Shown piece by piece: positions 15,967 to 21,662 of a stretch of DNA of 21,662 nucleotides. The stretch's first letter is position 1; every line of letters starts with the position of its first letter. The notes under the pieces were generated by a model. The model did not search any database and was not told where the DNA came from. It worked only from the letters and a program-made list of their open reading frames with translations. Origin of the DNA: a virus. Lineage: Duplodnaviria; Heunggongvirae; Uroviricota; Caudoviricetes. A program made the position numbers and the translations under genes. The stretch lies in IMG/VR virus record IMGVR_UViG_3300032308_002078, positions 144,073 to 165,734 of that record; one strand, given 5' to 3'.

Positions 15967-16803
15967 ATGGATATTAATGCTCTAAAACAACGACTAAACA
16001 CATTACAGTCGACGAACACACCAGGCAAGAAAGAAAAAATTGATTACTCAAAAGTTTACTGGAAACCAAAAGAAGAAGGAAAGTATCAAATTCGTATTGT
16101 TCCTTCAAAATTGAATCCACAAAACCCATTTCAAGAGGTTTTTGTACACTATGGATTTTCAAAATTCCCTATCTACGCCTTAACTAACTGGGGTGAAAAA
16201 GACCCAATCGTAGAATTTGCTTCACAACTAAGAAAAACTAATGAAAAGGACAATTGGGTTCTAGCTAAAAAGTTAGATCCTAAAATGAGAGTTTTTGCTC
16301 CTGTAGTTGTTAGAGGTGAAGAAGAAAAAGGAGTACGTCTTTGGGAATTTGGTAAAGAAATTTACATGCAACTTTTGGGTATCGCAGAAGATGAAGACTA
16401 TGGAGACTACACAGACATTCATGAAGGTAGAGACTTCACAGTAGATGTAGTTAAAGGTGACATTGGTGGAAGACAAGGTCTTAAATCATCAATCAGAATC
16501 AAACCTAAAACAACTCCATTGAATGCTGATGCGTCTTTAATTAAATCATTCCTTAATGAACAACCTGTATTGTTAGAAATTCAACGTAAAATGGATTTTG
16601 AAGCAATTAAGGAAGTATTGCAAAACTGGTTGGCACCAGAAGATGCAGAAGGTGATGTTGATGAGGATGTAGAAGAAACACCAGTAGAAGTAGCTCCGGT
16701 TAAAGCTTATGCTTTGAAAACACCATTAGCTACTAAAGCTAACAAAGCTGAAAAATTTGATGCTTTGTTTGACGAAGATGAGGACAACGATTTGCCTTTC
16801 TAA
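15967..16803 (+). CDS. Single-stranded DNA-binding protein (T4 gp32-like)
   Basis: YWKP..GKYQIRIVP...PF...HY, DPIVE, VVVRGEE.KGVRLWEFGK.IY, TD..EGRDF; acidic C-terminal tail ending DEDEDNDLPF; directly upstream of the recombinase. Confidence 0.85.
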   Translation: MDINALKQRLNTLQSTNTPGKKEKIDYSKVYWKPKEEGKYQIRIVPSKLNPQNPFQEVFVHYGFSKFPIYALTNWGEKDPIVEFASQLRKTNEKDNWVLAKKLDPKMRVFAPVVVRGEEEKGVRLWEFGKEIYMQLLGIAEDEDYGDYTDIHEGRDFTVDVVKGDIGGRQGLKSSIRIKPKTTPLNADASLIKSFLNEQPVLLEIQRKMDFEAIKEVLQNWLAPEDAEGDVDEDVEETPVEVAPVKAYALKTPLATKANKAEKFDALFDEDEDNDLPF

Positions 16804-16826
16804 TTAAAAAACAATAAAAGTTATTT

Positions 16827-17921
16827 ATGCCAAAACCTAAAAAAAGCGATTCGCTAACGGAAGCTGTCTCAGCTGAACTTAAAGCTAACTTTAGCTTAGA
16901 GAAGTTCAAAGAGAAAAAATTGCTTAATGGAAATGTTAAATTCAAAGAACAAAAATGGATTCCATTTTCAAAAGCATTGCAAAATTCAATTTCAGTTACA
17001 GGCGCTCCAGTAGGTCACATCACATTATTAAGAGGTCATAGTAATACAGGTAAAACAACAGCATTACTTGAGTTAGCAATCAGCGCTCAAAAAATGAATA
17101 TTTTACCTGTATTCATTATTACAGAAATGAAATGGTCATGGGAACACGCTCGTACAATGGGTTTCCAACTTGAAGATGTAGTTGATGAAACTACAGGAGA
17201 AGTAGTTGACCATAATGGTTTCTTTATCTACCGTGATAGAACCACATTGGGCACTATTGAAGATGTAGCTGAGTTTATTGCTGATTTGTTGGATGAACAG
17301 AAAAAAGGTAATTTGCCTTATGATTTGTGTTTCTTCTGGGATTCAATTGGTTCAATACCATGTAAAATGAGTGTTGAAGCAAATAAAAACAATCCTATGT
17401 GGAACGCAGGAGCTATGTCTCAACAATTTGGTAACTTTATTAACCAACGTTTTCCTTTATCTAGAAAAGAAAATGCACCTTACACTAACTCAATGGTTGC
17501 TATTAACAAAATTTGGGTTGCTCCAGCTGAAAATATTATGTCACAACCTAAAATGAAAATGAAAAATGGTGAGACTATGTTTTTGGATGCTTCTATTGTA
17601 TTGACTTTTGGTAATATTACTAATAGTGGTACTAGTAAAATTAAAGCAACTAAAGATGGTAAAGAGGTTGAGTTTGCTGTTCGTACTAAAGTATCATGTG
17701 ATAAAAACCACGTTACAGGATTACAAACAAAAAGTGTTGTACTTGCAACAATTCATGGTTTTATTGAAGATGATAAAAAGGAAATTGACACTTACAAGAA
17801 AGCACATTCTCATGAATGGAAAAATATTCTTGGTGATGGAAAATTTGAAGTCATTGAAGATAATTCAGATTGGAATGAATCAACTAGAGATATTCCTCTA
17901 GGATTAATGGATGAAGAATAA
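16827..17921 (+). CDS. uvsX: RecA/UvsX-like recombinase
   Basis: G.P.GHITLLRGHSNTGKTT (Walker A), FIITE, FFWDSIGS (Walker B), VAINK, KNHV; next to the SSB gene. Confidence 0.82.
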   Translation: MPKPKKSDSLTEAVSAELKANFSLEKFKEKKLLNGNVKFKEQKWIPFSKALQNSISVTGAPVGHITLLRGHSNTGKTTALLELAISAQKMNILPVFIITEMKWSWEHARTMGFQLEDVVDETTGEVVDHNGFFIYRDRTTLGTIEDVAEFIADLLDEQKKGNLPYDLCFFWDSIGSIPCKMSVEANKNNPMWNAGAMSQQFGNFINQRFPLSRKENAPYTNSMVAINKIWVAPAENIMSQPKMKMKNGETMFLDASIVLTFGNITNSGTSKIKATKDGKEVEFAVRTKVSCDKNHVTGLQTKSVVLATIHGFIEDDKKEIDTYKKAHSHEWKNILGDGKFEVIEDNSDWNESTRDIPLGLMDEE

Positions 17922-17922
17922 G

Positions 17923-17953
17923 TTTGGCTTATTTAAAATTATTTGTTATCTTT
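17923..17953 (+). promoter_or_regulatory. Putative early/middle promoter (TTTGG-N19-TATCTTT)
   Basis: TTGG 17924-17927 and TATCTT 17947-17952. The context AATAAGTTTGGC is identical to the copy at about 13395-13406. Confidence 0.65.
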
Positions 17954-17960
17954 ATTTAAG

Positions 17961-18998
17961 ATGAAAAAGAACGAACTATTAAACCTCCTAAACAAGGTTA
18001 ATCAAGAAGAAGAAATATTAACTAATCCTCATGAACGAGTATTGTTAATTGATGGGTTAAATTTATTTTTTAGAAACTTCGCTATGATGAAGAATGTAAA
18101 CCAAGATGGAGCTCATGTTGGTGGTTTAGGAGGTTTTATTCGTTCTTTAAATTATCTAGTTAATCATATTCAACCAACATCTGTTTATGTAGTATTTGAT
18201 GGTGCTGGTTCATCTGTTAATAGAAAAAACTTAGTACCTGAATATAAATCAGGTCGTCACTTAGCTAGAATTACTAACTGGGATGTATTTGATTCTTTAG
18301 AAGATGAACATGACGCTAAGGTTAATCAAATTGTAAGAATAGTTCATTACCTGAAATGTCTACCAGTAAAAACAATTGGTATAGATAAAGTAGAAGCAGA
18401 TGATATTATAGCTTACTTAAGTGATATAATGCCTAGTAAGTATGGTTCTAAAGTGTTCATTGTATCTAATGATAAAGATTTTGTTCAATTGATAAATAAA
18501 GATGTAACATTATTTAGACCATCAGAAAAAGAATTCTATACAAAACAAACAGTAAAAGATAATTTTAGTGTTTTAGCTGAGAATTTTATTCTTTATAAAA
18601 CACTTTTAGGAGATCAATCAGATAAAGTAGAAGGTATTAAAGGCTTAGGTGAAAAAGGTGTAGCTAAAAAGTTTCCTGAATTAGCAGAACGTGTTTTGAC
18701 TTTTGATGATTTGCTTGAAATTTGTAAAAATAAACTTAAAGAACATGTAGTTTATGCTAGAATATTACATGACGCTGAAAGATTAAAAACTAATTACAAA
18801 ATTATGGATTTAGCTAATCCATTAGTAGATAATAATGAAAAAGAATATCTAACAGAGTTCACACAAGAACCAACTCCAGCTTTGAATACTAAAGCATTTT
18901 TGTTACTTTATAACGAAGATGGATTAGGAAGATTAATGAAAGATCCAGAATTGACAATTAACAACACATTCAAAGTATTAAACAGTTTTAAAAAATAA
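17961..18998 (+). CDS. 5'-3' exonuclease / flap endonuclease (T4 RNase H, Pol I N-terminal-like)
   Basis: LLIDGLNLFFR, VVFDG, RK...EYKSGR, EADDIIA, IVSNDKDFVQL, LLGDQSDKVEGIKGLGEK (H3TH). The start is moved from TTG 17943 to ATG 17961 because 17943 lies within the promoter motif. Confidence 0.93.
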   Translation: MKKNELLNLLNKVNQEEEILTNPHERVLLIDGLNLFFRNFAMMKNVNQDGAHVGGLGGFIRSLNYLVNHIQPTSVYVVFDGAGSSVNRKNLVPEYKSGRHLARITNWDVFDSLEDEHDAKVNQIVRIVHYLKCLPVKTIGIDKVEADDIIAYLSDIMPSKYGSKVFIVSNDKDFVQLINKDVTLFRPSEKEFYTKQTVKDNFSVLAENFILYKTLLGDQSDKVEGIKGLGEKGVAKKFPELAERVLTFDDLLEICKNKLKEHVVYARILHDAERLKTNYKIMDLANPLVDNNEKEYLTEFTQEPTPALNTKAFLLLYNEDGLGRLMKDPELTINNTFKVLNSFKK

Positions 18999-19004
18999 AT
19001 AGTT

Positions 19005-20369
19005 ATGACATTAAATAATTTAAGTGCCTATGGAATTGGTTTCCAGGTCAAAGTACTATCTTCATTATTAACACATAAGGAATTCTTATTGAATATCCAA
19101 GATGTATTAAGTGAAGAATATTTTGATAACCAAGCTCACAAATGGATTATTAAAGAAATCCTAAAATATTATCAAAAATACCATACAACACCTTCAATGG
19201 ATGTGTTAAAGGTAGAGTTAAAGAAAATTGATAATGAAGTTTTACAAGTAGCAATTAAAGAACAACTTAGAGAAGCATATAAAGCATCTGATGAAGATCT
19301 TAAATATGTTGAAGAAGAATTTTCAGGATTTTGTAAAAACCAACAGCTTAAAAAAGCGTTATTAACAAGCGTAGAATTTTTGAACGCCGGAGATTATGAT
19401 TCTATTAGGTTCATGATTGATAACGCACTTAAAGCGGGTCAAGACAAAAACTTAGGTCATGAGTATAATAAAGACACTGAATCTAGATATAGAGAAAATC
19501 ATAGAATGATTGTTCCTACACCTTGGGAATCATTTAATGAATTGTTACAAGGTGGTTTAGGTAATGGAGACTTTGGATTGATTTTTGGTAGTCCTGGAGG
19601 TGGCAAATCTTGGTCATTAGTTGCTTTAGGTGGTTATGCTGTTAAATTAGGTTATAATGTTTTGCATTATACACTTGAATTAGGAGCTGATTATGTAGGA
19701 CGAAGGTATGACGCTTTTTTCACTAATATATCTGTTCAAGATATAACTCAACATAAAGATAAAATTGAAGAAGTTGTTAATACATTAGAAGGACAATTGA
19801 TTATCAAAGAATATCCAACAGGTAAAGCATCTATTTCAACAATTGAATCTCATATTAAGAAATGTATTGATTTAGATTTTAAACCAGATCTAATCATTAT
19901 TGACTATGTAGATCTTCTTCGCTCAAAAAAGAATAATCGTGAACGTAAGGATGAAATAGATGATATTTATATTAGTACTAAGGGTCTTGCTAGAGAATTG
20001 AATCTGCCTATTTGGTCAGTGTCTCAAGTAAACCGAGCTGGTGCAAAAGATGATATTATTGAAGGTGATAAAGCAGCAGGTAGCTATGATAAAATGATGG
20101 TTACTGATGTTGCTATATCCTTATCAAGGAAACGTCAAGACAAAGTAAATGGGACAGGAAGATTTCACATTATGAAAAATCGATACGGAATGGACGGCAT
20201 GACCTATTCTGTCAAAGTAGACACCTCTACAGGACATTTTGAGGTATCATCCTATTTAGAGGAAGACGAAGAGGCATCATCTACATCAACTAAATCTACT
20301 ACTTTTGGAGGTATAGATTCATCAGACAAGGCACTTATTAAACAACGATTTTTCGAACTATCTAACTAA
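19005..20369 (+). CDS. dnaB: Replicative SF4 DNA helicase (DnaB / T4 gp41-like)
   Basis: Walker A GSPGGGKS, HYTLEL, LIIKEYPT, LIIIDYVDLL, WSVSQVNR, MKNRYG. Confidence 0.93.
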   Translation: MTLNNLSAYGIGFQVKVLSSLLTHKEFLLNIQDVLSEEYFDNQAHKWIIKEILKYYQKYHTTPSMDVLKVELKKIDNEVLQVAIKEQLREAYKASDEDLKYVEEEFSGFCKNQQLKKALLTSVEFLNAGDYDSIRFMIDNALKAGQDKNLGHEYNKDTESRYRENHRMIVPTPWESFNELLQGGLGNGDFGLIFGSPGGGKSWSLVALGGYAVKLGYNVLHYTLELGADYVGRRYDAFFTNISVQDITQHKDKIEEVVNTLEGQLIIKEYPTGKASISTIESHIKKCIDLDFKPDLIIIDYVDLLRSKKNNRERKDEIDDIYISTKGLARELNLPIWSVSQVNRAGAKDDIIEGDKAAGSYDKMMVTDVAISLSRKRQDKVNGTGRFHIMKNRYGMDGMTYSVKVDTSTGHFEVSSYLEEDEEASSTSTKSTTFGGIDSSDKALIKQRFFELSN

Positions 20370-20384
20370 ATTATTAAAAAAACA

Positions 20385-21662
20385 ATGTTAACCACAGAAT
20401 CACAAATTTTGTCTGAAATTACTACCCATCTCAAATACGCGAAATTCGTACCTGAAAAAAACAGGAGAGAAACATGGGACGAGCTAGTAACTCGAAACAA
20501 GGAAATGCATTTAAAAAAGTTTCCTCAATTGGCTGAAGAAATTGAAGCCGCGTACAAGTATGTTTATGACAAGAAAGTTTTACCATCAATGCGTTCAATG
20601 CAGTTTGCTGGTAAGCCTATTGAAATAAATAACGCTCGTATTTTTAACTGTTCCTATTTACCAATTGATGATTTCAGAGCATTTTCAGAAATTATGTTCC
20701 TGTTATTATCAGGTTGTGGAGTAGGATATTCTGTTCAAACTCATCACGTTGAACAACTACCCGAAATTAGAAAACCTTTAAAATCAAAGCGTTATCTAGT
20801 AGGTGATTCTATTGAAGGATGGGCTGATGCTGTTCGTATGTTAACTAAAGCATATTTTGGACAAACATCTACTGCTCCTTTATTTGACTTTAGAGACATC
20901 AGAGCTAAAGGTGCCTCATTGATTACAGTTGGTGGTAAAGCACCTGGTCCTGAACCATTAAAAATTGCTTTGATTCATATGCAAGCTATTTTGGACCGTA
21001 AAAATGATGGTGAAAAATTAACTACCTTAGAATGTCATGACATTATTTGCCACTTAGCAGATGCTGTTTTGTCCGGAGGTATTCGTAGAGCTGCTTTGAT
21101 TGCTTTGTTTAATCTTCATGATGAGGATATGTTGACTTGTAAATTTGGTCCTTGGTGGGAAAATAATCCACAACGTGGTCGTGCTAACAACTCAGCAGTA
21201 TTGCTTCGTAACATGATTGATAAAGACACATTTATGAATTTGTGGGGTAAAATTGAAGCATCTAACAGCGGTGAACCAGGATTTTTGTTTACAAATGATA
21301 AAGATGCTGGAACTAATCCATGTGCTGAAATTAATTTGAAAGCTAACCAATTCTGTAATTTGTGTGAAATTAATGCTTCAGACATTGAAACACAAGAAGA
21401 ATATAATGCAAGAGCTAAAGCAGCAGCATTTATTGGTACATTACAAGCTTCATATACTGATTTTCACTACTTGAGAGATGTTTGGAGAAAAACAACTGAA
21501 AAAGAAGCATTATTAGGTATTGGAATGACAGGTATTGCTTCAGGAGCTGTTTTAAAATTAAACATGAAAGAAGCAGCTAAAGTAGCTGTTGAAGAAAACG
21601 AACGTGTAGCTAAAATTATTGGTATTAATAGAGCAGCTCGTGTTACAACAGTTAAGCCATCA
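20385..21662 (+). CDS. nrdJ: Class II (adenosylcobalamin-dependent) ribonucleotide reductase, monomeric RTPR-like; 3' end outside the window
   Basis: Absent from the ORF track because it has no stop in the window. My translation from ATG 20385: MLTTESQILSEIT...KYA...RRETW...VLPSMRSMQF...IFNCS...GCGVG...DSIEGW...GGIRRAA...RANNS...GEPG...GTNPCAEI...QFCNLCE...LLGIGMTG...TTVKPS. Confidence 0.92.
   Translation, partial: MLTTESQILSEITTHLKYAKFVPEKNRRETWDELVTRNKEMHLKKFPQLAEEIEAAYKYVYDKKVLPSMRSMQFAGKPIEINNARIFNCSYLPIDDFRAFSEIMFLLLSGCGVGYSVQTHHVEQLPEIRKPLKSKRYLVGDSIEGWADAVRMLTKAYFGQTSTAPLFDFRDIRAKGASLITVGGKAPGPEPLKIALIHMQAILDRKNDGEKLTTLECHDIICHLADAVLSGGIRRAALIALFNLHDEDMLTCKFGPWWENNPQRGRANNSAVLLRNMIDKDTFMNLWGKIEASNSGEPGFLFTNDKDAGTNPCAEINLKANQFCNLCEINASDIETQEEYNARAKAAAFIGTLQASYTDFHYLRDVWRKTTEKEALLGIGMTGIASGAVLKLNMKEAAKVAVEENERVAKIIGINRAARVTTVKPS

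Noticed and set aside
13005-17901. Short alternative-frame + strand ORFs at 13005-13190, 14148-14384, 17371-17556 and 17608-17901
   Set aside because: Fully nested in longer genes, with off-frame composition and no independent expression signals.
17943-17960. Listed TTG start for the exonuclease
   Set aside because: It falls inside the putative promoter element; ATG 17961 is more plausible.
1977-21385. Minus-strand ORFs at 1977-2219, 5451-5813, 8113-8391, 9848-10126, 15974-16162, 16273-16476, 16739-16945 and 21116-21385
   Set aside because: All lie antisense to well-supported + strand genes and show no recognisable motifs; they are best explained as shadow ORFs.
1-21662. Possible stop-codon reassignment (no gene ends in TAG)
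   Set aside because: Genes are full length in the standard code with no in-frame TAG or TGA interruptions; TAA dominance is expected at this AT content.
1-21662. CRISPR arrays, tRNAs, introns, inteins, IS elements
   Set aside because: Intergenic gaps are all under about 100 nt. I saw no repeat-spacer pattern, cloverleaf, or intein or transposase motifs, and the helicase, recombinase and RNR are of ordinary length.

Overview
An AT-rich, gene-dense fragment of a large contractile-tailed (myovirus-like) dsDNA phage. All credible genes are on the + strand and read in the standard code. The left part (1-13399) is a virion module: the 3' end of an Aah/TibC-like (GT9) heptosyltransferase, a Ser-rich fibre-like protein, tail sheath, tail tube, a tail/baseplate chaperone pair, tape measure protein, tube-initiator-like and LysM baseplate proteins, and a hub protein with a C-terminal CHAP domain. 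The right part (13448-21662) is a replication/recombination module: a small divergent family-A polymerase, a gp32-like SSB, a RecA/UvsX-like ATPase, a stand-alone 5'-3' exonuclease, a DnaB/gp41-like helicase and a class II ribonucleotide reductase cut by the window end. Two promoter-like motifs partition the genes: AATATKTATWA before virion genes and TTGG-N19-TATMTT (Bacteroidota-like) before replication genes. A-rich leaders without Shine-Dalgarno sequences also point to a Bacteroidota host. The most interesting observations are: (1) a nearly thumb-less PolA-fold enzyme with His at the steric gate and an RNA-polymerase-like YDSF motif C, a candidate primase or late RNA polymerase; (2) a protein O-heptosyltransferase next to SGS/TGS/SAS-rich virion proteins, a candidate virion glycosylation system; (3) a probable +1 frameshift at TTT TTT TGG in the tail chaperone; (4) a late-motif cassette inside the replication module encoding a candidate capsid-packaged, protease-processed protein. 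All family calls come from motifs read by eye; no database search was run.
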